A stretch of 45,224 bases of DNA from Bacillota bacterium (GTDB lineage: Bacteria; Bacillota; Limnochordia; DTU087), in NCBI GenBank assembly GCA_036786445.1, contig DAIQRD010000004.1, forward strand, positions 1 through 45,224, in the 5' to 3' direction. The position numbers and the translations under genes are program-made. Shown here piece by piece: positions 9,980 through 17,532 of the stretch; within the stretch, counting starts at the first letter, position 1, and each line of letters begins with the position of its first letter. Under the pieces are notes generated by a model that saw only the letters and a list, made by a program, of their open reading frames with translations, had not been told where the DNA came from and did no database searches.

Positions 9980-10198
9980 ATGGAATTATTCGAAGAACTG
10001 GAGCGCATCAAGATCCGGTTTGCAGCAGCCTATGACAAACTAGTGGAGCAAGGTCTGATATCGGAGAAGGAATATCAAGAGATCGTGGATATGATCGACA
10101 ACCTGGACATGTATAGCGTAGATGAGCTCAAAGAAAAACTGGGACGGTTTCGCAGTGTGCAAGACCTAGGCAACAAAGGTGAGACAAACTCATATTGA
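9980..10198 (+). CDS. small acidic helical hypothetical protein
   Basis: 72-aa ORF with GAGGTG 5 nt upstream of the ATG. Composition is coding-like and E/K/D-rich. No family recognised. Confidence 0.5.
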   Translation: MELFEELERIKIRFAAAYDKLVEQGLISEKEYQEIVDMIDNLDMYSVDELKEKLGRFRSVQDLGNKGETNSY

Positions 10199-10230
10199 TT
10201 ATTATGGAGGCAGGCTTGGAGGTTGACGCT

Positions 10231-11238
10231 ATGAGTTCGAAACCGGTAGTCAGATTGCAGAGGCGCCAGCTGTTGATCAGTGGCCTCTTAGTGGCCGTGT
10301 TCCTTAGCTTGGGTATCTGGTTAACCGTGGTTAAGACCGTTACTATCGTAGTAGATCGAGATAGTCAACTGATAACTACCCGGAGAGCCCAGGTAGAGGG
10401 TGCTTTGGCAGACGCCGGCATCGTCCTTGGGGAAGGAGACGTGGTGGAGCCCGCCCTTGGCCAAAAACTGGTGAGGGGTATGGAGATTCGGATCCAACGG
10501 AGCTTCCCTATAACCATTAAAGTAGATGGTCAAGAGTATACAGCCAGATTTGTCGGTGGCTCTGTGGAAGAGCTCTTAGCTCAGCAAGGCATCGTCTTGG
10601 GGGAATGGGATCGAGTACAACCGGACCTAGATCAGTTGCTTGACGGCCATCAGACTGTAGAGATCATAAAGGTAAGTAAAGAACGGGTGACAGTGGAAAA
10701 GGAGATTGCCCATGGCAGCAAGCAATGGGCAGAACCCACCTTGGAAAAAGGCAAGACCAAGATAGTCCGCAAAGGCCAACCGGGCATCAGACAAGAGATC
10801 TTCGAAGTAACTTACGAGAATGGGCGAGAAGCCGACCGTGAGCTGGTAGATACTGTAATTGTCCAGGAAGTCAGGGACGAGATCATTGGTCTAGGCACTA
10901 GGGAAGTGTGGAAGACGCTGAGTACATCGGGGGGAGCGGTCCGATACCGGGACCTACACGAAATGACCGCTACAGCCTACTACCCTGGCCCAGAGAGCAC
11001 CGGCAAATGGGCCGATGGGTATACTGCCACTGGGGTTAAGGCAGGCTTTGGAGTGGCGGCTGTGGACCCCAAAGTGATACCGTTAGGCTCTCGCCTATAC
11101 GTTCCAGGATATGGCCATGCTTTGGCAGCAGATGTGGGTGGGGCTATTAAGGGGAAGCGCATTGACCTTTGCTTCGAAACTTACCAAGAGGCCATACGAT
11201 ATGGTCGGCGGAAAGTAAAGGTGTATATTCTAGACTAG
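10231..11238 (+). CDS. yabE: YabE-like cell-wall protein (N-terminal TM, DUF348 repeats, G5 domain, C-terminal 3D/RlpA-like domain)
   Basis: TM LLISGLLVAVFLSLGIWL. G5-like block VEKEIAHGSKQWAEPTLEKGKTKIVRKGQPGIRQEIFEVTYENG. 3D domain ATAYYPGPESTGKWADGYTATG...GKRIDLCFETYQEA. ATG 10231 has GGAGG 8 nt upstream; the track ORF opens at 10195. Confidence 0.85.
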   Translation: MSSKPVVRLQRRQLLISGLLVAVFLSLGIWLTVVKTVTIVVDRDSQLITTRRAQVEGALADAGIVLGEGDVVEPALGQKLVRGMEIRIQRSFPITIKVDGQEYTARFVGGSVEELLAQQGIVLGEWDRVQPDLDQLLDGHQTVEIIKVSKERVTVEKEIAHGSKQWAEPTLEKGKTKIVRKGQPGIRQEIFEVTYENGREADRELVDTVIVQEVRDEIIGLGTREVWKTLSTSGGAVRYRDLHEMTATAYYPGPESTGKWADGYTATGVKAGFGVAAVDPKVIPLGSRLYVPGYGHALAADVGGAIKGKRIDLCFETYQEAIRYGRRKVKVYILD

Positions 11239-11240
11239 GT

Positions 11241-11264
11241 GGGCAGGAATTTCCTGCCCTTTTT
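11241..11264 (+). terminator. intrinsic terminator after yabE
   Basis: Perfect 8-bp stem GGGCAGGA/TCCTGCCC with a 3-nt loop, followed by TTTTT. It starts 3 nt after the yabE stop. Confidence 0.75.
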
Positions 11265-11289
11265 CATAGAAAGCGGTGGCAGTTTGCAG

Positions 11290-12180
11290 ATGGATGAGAG
11301 TATGATCGATGCTTCCCTGGCGAGCCCCAGGGCTGTGCGCCAGCTGATTGGCGCACATGGGTTTTCTTTTCGGCGATCTTTGGGGCAGAATTTCCTGGTA
11401 GATGGCAACGTTTTGCGTAACATTATTAGGGCGGCAGAGATAACTGCAGACGATACTGTCGTAGAGATAGGGGCGGGGATAGGTACTCTAACCCGCGCTT
11501 TAGCTAGTGTGGCCCGGCGGGTTTTGGCCATTGAGATAGATGCCCGGTTGCACCCTGTGTTGCATGAAACGATGACCCATTACGGCAATATAGAGTTACT
11601 AGCTCAGGATGCCTTGCAGCTAGATTGGGAAGGTTTATGGCGGGACTATGGCTTAACCCAGGCCAAACTCGTAGCCAATCTGCCCTACTATATTACCTCT
11701 CCTCTTCTGATTAACCTACTCACTGAAGAGCTTCCCTGGGAGAGCCTAACTGTGATGATGCAACGGGAGGTAGCGGAAAGATTGACGGCTAGGCCAGCCA
11801 CTAAGGCCTACGGCACTATTACGGTTTTGGCCAGTTACTATAGCGATGTGGAGATCTGCCAAATAGTATCTCCCTCGGTATTCATGCCCCAACCAGGGGT
11901 TGATTCGGCCATTGTGAAATTTACCATGCGGCCCAGTGGCCTTGAGGCAGTTGATCCGGCTCTGCTATGGCGAGTCATCAAGGCAGGTTTTGCCCAAAGG
12001 CGCAAGACCCTAATCAATGCCTTGGCAGCGGCTCCTCTAGGGGATACTATGACGAAAACCGCTTTACGGGAGATTCTATTGACTTGCGGAATCGATCCCG
12101 AGCGACGGGCGGAGACATTGACACCACAGGACTTCGTGGTTCTTGCCAACCAGCTGGCAAAGTATTGCTTACTTGCCTAA
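11290..12180 (+). CDS. rsmA: 16S rRNA (adenine1518/1519-N6)-dimethyltransferase
   Basis: GFSFRRSLGQNFL motif, SAM-binding VVEIGAGIGTLT and NLPYYITSP. The track start GTG 11239 lies inside the yabE terminator hairpin, so ATG 11290 (or 11302) is the plausible start. Confidence 0.92.
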   Translation: MDESMIDASLASPRAVRQLIGAHGFSFRRSLGQNFLVDGNVLRNIIRAAEITADDTVVEIGAGIGTLTRALASVARRVLAIEIDARLHPVLHETMTHYGNIELLAQDALQLDWEGLWRDYGLTQAKLVANLPYYITSPLLINLLTEELPWESLTVMMQREVAERLTARPATKAYGTITVLASYYSDVEICQIVSPSVFMPQPGVDSAIVKFTMRPSGLEAVDPALLWRVIKAGFAQRRKTLINALAAAPLGDTMTKTALREILLTCGIDPERRAETLTPQDFVVLANQLAKYCLLA

Positions 12181-12234
12181 TGCAAAGGTGAAGTGTGGCG
12201 CAATCCAGAATATGTTGGATAATGAGGTGAGCAT

Positions 12235-12711
12235 ATGGATCATTTTATTAGCCCTACCAAAGGACGGCTTTCCTTTGACGAAGTATTTGCAGATATGATG
12301 GGCTACGTACACGAGTACCCCGACTCAGAGTATAAAGTCATTATCGGTACTGACTCACAGTACAGTCAGGACAACACTTGCTTCGTAACGGCCATCATCG
12401 TCCATCGCATGGGTAAAGGGGCCCGATTCTACTATACCCGTGAGTGGGAATTTGTCGGTAAATCCTTGCGTCAGAGAATCTTCTACGAGACTTCTCGCAG
12501 TCTTGCCTTGGCTAGTTGGGTAGCAGAGAGGCTGGCAGAAAACGGACATGCCGATTTGAATGTCGAAATCCACCTGGATGTAGGGGTCAATGGTCGGACG
12601 AAAGAGCTAATCAGAGAGGTAACCGGTATGGTTATCGGCAGTGGCTTTGATGCCCGCATTAAGCCAGATTCCTTCGGAGCTTCCAAAGTAGCAGATAAAT
12701 TCACTAAGTAG
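12235..12711 (+). CDS. YkuK/DUF458-family protein (predicted RNase H-like fold, function unknown)
   Basis: The N-terminal pattern F.SPTKGRLSFDEV...Y.VIIGTDSQ matches my recollection of the DUF458 family. GAGGTG lies 5 nt upstream of the ATG. Confidence 0.65.
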   Translation: MDHFISPTKGRLSFDEVFADMMGYVHEYPDSEYKVIIGTDSQYSQDNTCFVTAIIVHRMGKGARFYYTREWEFVGKSLRQRIFYETSRSLALASWVAERLAENGHADLNVEIHLDVGVNGRTKELIREVTGMVIGSGFDARIKPDSFGASKVADKFTK

Positions 12712-12839
12712 GTATCCACTTTCCCCCTCCAGCGGGGCCCGGGATCTTAGCCAGTAGATATTCCCTCCGTGGCTATTATGGGCACATCCTCTATTTCCAG
12801 TCATAGACTACTGATATAGGCGCTTGATGCAGTGTCCCT

Positions 12840-13739
12840 ATGGGGACGGGCGTCTTTACCTATGGAGGAAAACGTGTCTCTGCCGCCGGGCAGCCGATTC
12901 GTCACGGGGGGTCGGAAATGACAGATGGGAAAATCTCAATCAATGGGCGTGTCTGGGAAGGTCCAACAGGACTGCAATGGAAAAACGGAGTTTTGATGCT
13001 ACCCCTGCATATGGTAGAAAAACTGGGGACCCATGTGGATTGGCAGCGCTATCCCCGGCATTTGACATTGGAGAAGGACGGTGACATGGTCATGGTGCCC
13101 GTGTCATTGATCTGCCGTTACTTGAATCTGCATTGGGCCTATTTGGCAGACATCAATGCTTTGATCTTAACCCGTGTAGAACCAGCCTTGCAGGGCAAGC
13201 ACATTGTGCTTGATGCTGGTCACGGGGGGGCGGATGCCGGGGCAGTCAGCGGGCGTCTTGTGGAATCAGAACTAAATTGGGATATTGCCCGGCGATTAGC
13301 AGATATTCTTCAGCCTAGTGGCGCAAAGGTTGAGTATACTCGTGGTGATGGGGAGCAAGCCACCCTGTTTGAACGACTTAGTGTAGCTAATCGGCTACAA
13401 CCGGATTTGTTCATCAGTATTCATCATAATAGCTTTCTTGATGCAAAGGCCAATGGGACTGAGACCTATTGGTATGGTAGCTGGTCGGCTCGTCATCTAG
13501 CCGAATACATCCAATCCCATGTCTTGGAGGAATTGGGTACTATCAATCGGGGCGTTAGAGAAGCGGCCTTCTACCTGCTGCGCCATGTTTCTAGTACGCC
13601 AGTATTGATCAAGGTGGGATTCATCACCGGTCTGGAGGATAGTAACCTAGTTTCCAGTCCCTGGATGCGAGAAAGGGTGGCTTTGGGCATATTTAGGGGA
13701 ATTAGGGAATATATCGAAGAAAATCCCCCAGAGATGTAA
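12840..13739 (+). CDS. N-acetylmuramoyl-L-alanine amidase (Amidase_3) with N-terminal copper-amine-oxidase-N-like domain
   Basis: Amidase_3 motifs IVLDAGHGGADAGAV, ESELNWDIA, FISIHHNS and GTETYWY. N-terminal ISINGRVW...VLMLPLHMVEKLGTHVDW stalk-like domain. No signal peptide seen. Alternative start ATG 12918. Confidence 0.85.
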   Translation: MGTGVFTYGGKRVSAAGQPIRHGGSEMTDGKISINGRVWEGPTGLQWKNGVLMLPLHMVEKLGTHVDWQRYPRHLTLEKDGDMVMVPVSLICRYLNLHWAYLADINALILTRVEPALQGKHIVLDAGHGGADAGAVSGRLVESELNWDIARRLADILQPSGAKVEYTRGDGEQATLFERLSVANRLQPDLFISIHHNSFLDAKANGTETYWYGSWSARHLAEYIQSHVLEELGTINRGVREAAFYLLRHVSSTPVLIKVGFITGLEDSNLVSSPWMRERVALGIFRGIREYIEENPPEM

Positions 13740-13769
13740 AATTCTTGTTGCAAATCGCTTTGCTGCTGC

Positions 13770-13799
13770 TTGACAAGGTGAGAACCCCGCTGGTATAAT
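13770..13799 (+). promoter_or_regulatory. veg promoter P1 (sigma-A, extended -10)
   Basis: TTGACA (13770-13775), 18-bp spacer, TGgTATAAT (13791-13799). Confidence 0.7.
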
Positions 13800-13809
13800 G
13801 AAAATTTAT

Positions 13810-13838
13810 TTGACGAATAGCAGGGAGCGTGGTATAAT
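13810..13838 (+). promoter_or_regulatory. veg promoter P2 (sigma-A, extended -10)
   Basis: TTGACG (13810-13815), 17-bp spacer, TGgTATAAT (13830-13838). This is a second copy of the same TGGTATAAT element, 39 bp downstream of the first. Confidence 0.7.
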
Positions 13839-13871
13839 CTTCATGACAATGTAAAGGGAAGGTGATGCCGG

Positions 13872-14138
13872 ATGCCAGCACAGAGCGCCAACAATCTTGA
13901 CACCATTAGAAAGAATCTGGAAGCGAACGTCGGCCAGAAGGTTAGATTACGGGCTAATCGGGGACGCCGCAAAGTCATAGAGGCTGAGGGAGTGCTGGAG
14001 CAGACCTATCCCAAGCTATTCGTGGTAAAGCTGGACAAATCTAGCGCGGTGAGAAGGCTTTCATACACGTACGCAGATGTACTGACAGAAACTGTGGAAG
14101 TTACCATCGGTGATAAGCAAGTGGGGGCAGCACTCTAG
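13872..14138 (+). CDS. veg: Veg protein
   Basis: 88 aa. LDTIRKNLEANVGQKVRLRANRGRRKVIEAEGVLEQTYPKLFVVKLD...RLSYTYADVLTETVEV is the Veg signature. The gene occupies the conserved position after rsmA. Confidence 0.9.
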   Translation: MPAQSANNLDTIRKNLEANVGQKVRLRANRGRRKVIEAEGVLEQTYPKLFVVKLDKSSAVRRLSYTYADVLTETVEVTIGDKQVGAAL

Positions 14139-14189
14139 CAGCTTAGCTCTTATTCAGGGATTCTTTTGGTGTCTATCCATCAATATTAA

Positions 14190-14226
14190 CCCCAGGCGAT
14201 CGACTAGATCGCCTGGGGTTTTGCTT
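14190..14226 (+). terminator. intrinsic terminator after veg
   Basis: 12-bp stem CCCCAGGCGATC/GATCGCCTGGGG, 5-nt loop, then TTTTGCTTT. Confidence 0.85.
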
Positions 14227-14298
14227 TATGTAGATATGCGCTTCTAATGGAATCGACTATGGGCATATGAATAGGATGAATAAAAGGAGGCTTGGTTA

Positions 14299-15636
14299 AT
14301 GGCTCGGCGGGCTTGGCGGCCAAAACCGAATAGTGTCCTCAATTTGGGAGCAGAGGGCTTGCCTGTTGCTTGGCTGCAAGAGCGCCTGCAATCTTTGGGA
14401 TATGATGTAGGAGCCATCGATGGCATCTATGGTTACCTCACGGAGGATTGCATAAGCTCTCTCCAGCGAGAATTCGGTCTCAAGCCCGATGGGATCGCTG
14501 GACCGCAGGTCATCGAGTTGCTCCAGGATAAAGATTTGGAAGCACGACGCTTCGTACATGTCGTGGAGGGAGACGCTCTATTGGCAGATATTGCCCAAGA
14601 ATATGGCGTTACCCAAGAAGTGATTGAGCTTTGGAATCCAAGCTTAACGGGAAAGGAGAGGGTTAAAGGGGGCACACCACTGGTCTTGCATCGCCACGGC
14701 GCCTGGGGCGGAATCCTGGGGAGCGTAACCCACAGCCTGCGTGAGTCATCAACTGACGCAGGCTACCAGAATCTCGATGGGCTCCTACTCTATCATTTTT
14801 CACTAACCGATGCAGGTGATGTGTCTGGTCAGATACCGGACAGTGCCTATAGCATTGCGGCAGCGGCCTGCACCTCGCTGGTCCCGGTGATTAGCAATTT
14901 CAACAAAGAGATTTACGATGCCCATGCACTGGAAGTATTGCTTCGGCACCGGCCCGCACGCCAAAGATTACTGGCAACAGTCAAGCTTCTGGCGAGTAAC
15001 TCAAAGTATAGCGGCCTTGCTCTGGATTTACAGGGGGTAGAGATGGGTTATGGGCGGCGCTTTGCTGCACTCATAGGCGAAATTCGCGCCTTGCTCCAGC
15101 GCTACCACAAGAGATTGTATGTGACTTTATTGCCTTCACCGGATGGCAGAGGGCTCTTCCCCCGACATATCGATCCCCACGTCTGGACATCCTTACCCCA
15201 TCGGGTAATCCTGCAAGCTTCGCTGGAACATGTGGAGGGGGAGCCAGGCCCGAGATTGGGACTAGAGTGGCTACAAACACAACTAAGCAGAGTCTACCGA
15301 TACATCCCTGCCTGGAAGCTCATGGTGGTCTTGCCATTGGGTGGTATCGCTTGGCGTGTTCATGGTAACTGGAGAGAGTACAACTATCTCTCCTATGATG
15401 ACGCTCGGAGAAGGGCGTATGAAAAGCGAGCTAAGCTTCAATGGGATGTGGTGGAAAAGGTCCCCTATTACGACTATATTGATGAACAAGGGCGTGTTCG
15501 AGTTTGGTTTGAGAATCGGGATAGCTTGGATGCCAAATTAACTCAGCTGAGAAAACAACATTTGACAGAGGCGATCTTCATGCCCTTGGGCTGGGAGGAT
15601 TCCCGGATTTGGGGAAACCTCGGCATCGCTCTATGA
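14299..15636 (+). CDS. PG_binding_1 + LysM + GH18-like (YaaH/SleL-type) spore peptidoglycan-binding protein, catalytic motif apparently degenerate
   Basis: PG_binding_1: LPVAWLQERLQSLGYDVGAIDGIYGYLTEDCISSLQREFGLKPDGIAG. LysM: HVVEGDALLADIAQEYGVTQEVIELWNP. The C-terminal ~300 aa have a GH18-like layout with YSGLALDLQGVE where DxxDxDxE is expected. No signal peptide. AAAGGAGG lies 8 nt upstream. Confidence 0.7.
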   Translation: MARRAWRPKPNSVLNLGAEGLPVAWLQERLQSLGYDVGAIDGIYGYLTEDCISSLQREFGLKPDGIAGPQVIELLQDKDLEARRFVHVVEGDALLADIAQEYGVTQEVIELWNPSLTGKERVKGGTPLVLHRHGAWGGILGSVTHSLRESSTDAGYQNLDGLLLYHFSLTDAGDVSGQIPDSAYSIAAAACTSLVPVISNFNKEIYDAHALEVLLRHRPARQRLLATVKLLASNSKYSGLALDLQGVEMGYGRRFAALIGEIRALLQRYHKRLYVTLLPSPDGRGLFPRHIDPHVWTSLPHRVILQASLEHVEGEPGPRLGLEWLQTQLSRVYRYIPAWKLMVVLPLGGIAWRVHGNWREYNYLSYDDARRRAYEKRAKLQWDVVEKVPYYDYIDEQGRVRVWFENRDSLDAKLTQLRKQHLTEAIFMPLGWEDSRIWGNLGIAL

Positions 15637-15721
15637 GGTAATATTTACCGATATAGTTGGTGGTAGTCTAGCATATAGATGAGAGTGTTAGGTGGGGAAG
15701 GATTAAAGGGGGGAAGGGTAC

Positions 15722-17341
15722 ATGTCATTGAAAATAAGGGACGATATAGTCCATCTGGAGACGATTATAGGATCCAATTCGGCTCAGACTGTAGCAGAAG
15801 GCACATTGACAATTCCCGGCAGCATGCCAGCAGCAGACAGAATCGTCAAAGCATCTGCCATTGCATATGTCAAGGAATACTGGTTAGAAGAAGATAGAGT
15901 AAATATCGAAGGCATGCTATCCGTCACACTGATCTACGCCGGGCAGTACGATAAAGGGCAGACGTATTACGGCAGTATGCAGTCTGTCGAAGGAGTAGCT
16001 TTTAGTCATTTTGTAGATATACCTGGCGCGATGCCAGGGATGCAGCCTCACAGCCGAGCCACTGTGCTGGATCTGCAATCCACGCTCCGGAGTGATGGTC
16101 GCACTGTGGATGTGGATTTTGTGTTGGAGGTATCAGCTACTGTCGTCGAGGAACAAGAGCTAACTCTACTAACCGATGCTGTGGCTAGCTCACCGAGGAA
16201 GATCAAGCTATCCAAGGATGTGTTGCATCTCGAAGATGTCGTTGGCCAAGGAACTGCCCAAGTAGAGATCAGGGAGGTGCTTCCCTTACCCGCGGGGGCA
16301 GAGCATCCTGTACGCCTCTTAGAATTACAGGGTTCTTTTAAAGCAGCGGAAAAACGAGCAGCGGTGGATAGGGGTGTTGTTTCCGGGACTATGAGCTACA
16401 AGGCTGTCTGCGCAGTGATATCTGAGCATACCGGAGACGAGCAACTACTAGTCTATCGCTGGGATGATGTTGCCCGGGTAGAGCTGAGTGCGGAGATACC
16501 CGGCACTAGAGTGGGCATGACCGTCTACCCCGAGGTGGCAGCTCCCAAGGTTTCTGGCCGGATAACACATGAGGGACAGTCGGTTAGCATCGACGGCACG
16601 CTTAATGCTACAGTGAGGGTTGTACAGCCGGCAGACATGGCGGTAGTAACGGGTGTGGAAGCCGATTCTGACCTGGAAATAGGTCTGCGGCGAGAATCAA
16701 TCTGGATTCAACAGGTGGGGGAGACTGTCGCTAAGGATGTGCATGTGGATGGTACCGTAGATTTGCCCGAATCGCGCCCGCCTCTGGAGAAACTACTAGA
16801 CATAGAAGCTCGAGCGGCAGTGGCGAGCACCTCTCTGGTAGGTGGCCGGGTGATGGTAATGGGTTATCTGGATCTGGCGGCTGTGTATGTAGCTCGAACC
16901 GATGATTTTGCTCAGCCGGTATATCATACGGCCTGGAACAATGCGGGAGCATTCGAAGCGAGCATCAATATGCCGACAGCATCCGGTGAGGCAGACATAG
17001 AAGCCGATGTGATCATCCAGAGTGTTCAGGCAGAGCCTCTGAGTCGGGAGACCATCGGATTCCATGCGACACTCAAGATAACTTGTCGGATCAAGGAGAC
17101 AGTAGCTAAAGAAGTTATTGCGGAAGCTGTAGAGTTGAGGCAATTCAAAGGACGTCTACCCACATATACCTGTGTAACTTTGCAGGCTGAAGATAGTCTG
17201 TGGCAATTAGCCACAAAGTACGGAGTTACCACGGAAGCTTTGGTAGAGCAAAACCTCGCGCTAGCCGATCTAGGTGAGAATGATGCTTTGCCGGCGGGTG
17301 CCAAGATCTTGATTAGCAAACATGGTGTCTCTTTAGTATAA
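15722..17341 (+). CDS. DUF3794-repeat protein with C-terminal LysM (SipL-like spore coat morphogenetic protein)
   Basis: DUF3794-type N-terminus MSLKIRDDIVHLETIIGSNSAQTVAEGTLTIPGSMPAADRIVKA with repeated similar modules. C-terminal LysM YTCVTLQAEDSLWQLATKYGVTTEALVEQN...GAKILI. This architecture matches C. difficile SipL as I recall it. Confidence 0.7.
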   Translation: MSLKIRDDIVHLETIIGSNSAQTVAEGTLTIPGSMPAADRIVKASAIAYVKEYWLEEDRVNIEGMLSVTLIYAGQYDKGQTYYGSMQSVEGVAFSHFVDIPGAMPGMQPHSRATVLDLQSTLRSDGRTVDVDFVLEVSATVVEEQELTLLTDAVASSPRKIKLSKDVLHLEDVVGQGTAQVEIREVLPLPAGAEHPVRLLELQGSFKAAEKRAAVDRGVVSGTMSYKAVCAVISEHTGDEQLLVYRWDDVARVELSAEIPGTRVGMTVYPEVAAPKVSGRITHEGQSVSIDGTLNATVRVVQPADMAVVTGVEADSDLEIGLRRESIWIQQVGETVAKDVHVDGTVDLPESRPPLEKLLDIEARAAVASTSLVGGRVMVMGYLDLAAVYVARTDDFAQPVYHTAWNNAGAFEASINMPTASGEADIEADVIIQSVQAEPLSRETIGFHATLKITCRIKETVAKEVIAEAVELRQFKGRLPTYTCVTLQAEDSLWQLATKYGVTTEALVEQNLALADLGENDALPAGAKILISKHGVSLV

Positions 17342-17374
17342 ACCTTGGCATCGTGCAAATACTGGAGTTCCCAC

Positions 17375-17409
17375 AGCACTGCCGGCGCAACTTTTGCACC
17401 GGCAGTGCT
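17375..17409 (+). terminator. terminator-like hairpin after the SipL-like gene
   Basis: 11-bp stem AGCACTGCCGG/CCGGCAGTGCT with an inner GCA/TGC extension. The U-tract is weak (AATATCCCTTT). Confidence 0.55.
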
Positions 17410-17455
17410 AATATCCCTTTCAGATATGTAGGGTGTGCCTATAGTTGATTTGTGG

Positions 17456-17485
17456 GCATAATCTATGGATAAACAGCCTATACTA
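17456..17485 (+). promoter_or_regulatory. sigma-G/sigma-F-like forespore promoter
   Basis: GCATA (17456-17460), 18-bp spacer, TATACTA (17479-17485). Consensus as I recall it is GHATR-N17/18-CATNNTA. It lies 47 nt upstream of the RsfA-like ATG. Confidence 0.45.
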
Positions 17486-17532
17486 CAGACCATGGGACAA
17501 TGTTTTTCGGACATATAAGGAGGGGGTTAAAG

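Noticed and set aside
9932-10230. Checked the yabE upstream region for a c-di-AMP (ydaO-type) riboswitch, which often precedes cell-wall hydrolase genes.
   Set aside because: The conserved GGGGACCC / ACCCGUCAGCUAACC-type blocks I recall are not present. The region instead encodes a well-formed 72-aa ORF with a good SD.
12607-12804. 65-aa minus-strand ORF overlapping the 3' end of the DUF458 gene.
   Set aside because: It has no SD, overlaps a supported gene by about 100 nt, and has Gly/Ser/His-rich non-protein-like composition.
14227-14298. Possible sigma-E/sigma-K promoters upstream of the GH18-like gene (CATATGAAT), the SipL-like gene (CATATAGA), spoIID and yabP (CATAATCA).
   Set aside because: Only partial -10 matches were found, without convincing -35 elements at the right spacing. 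This is too weak to annotate without a PWM scan or TSS data.
17026-17514. 162-aa minus-strand ORF spanning the 3' end of the SipL-like gene and the following spacer.
   Set aside because: It is antisense to a supported gene, runs through the terminator hairpin and the sigma-G-like promoter, and has no SD.
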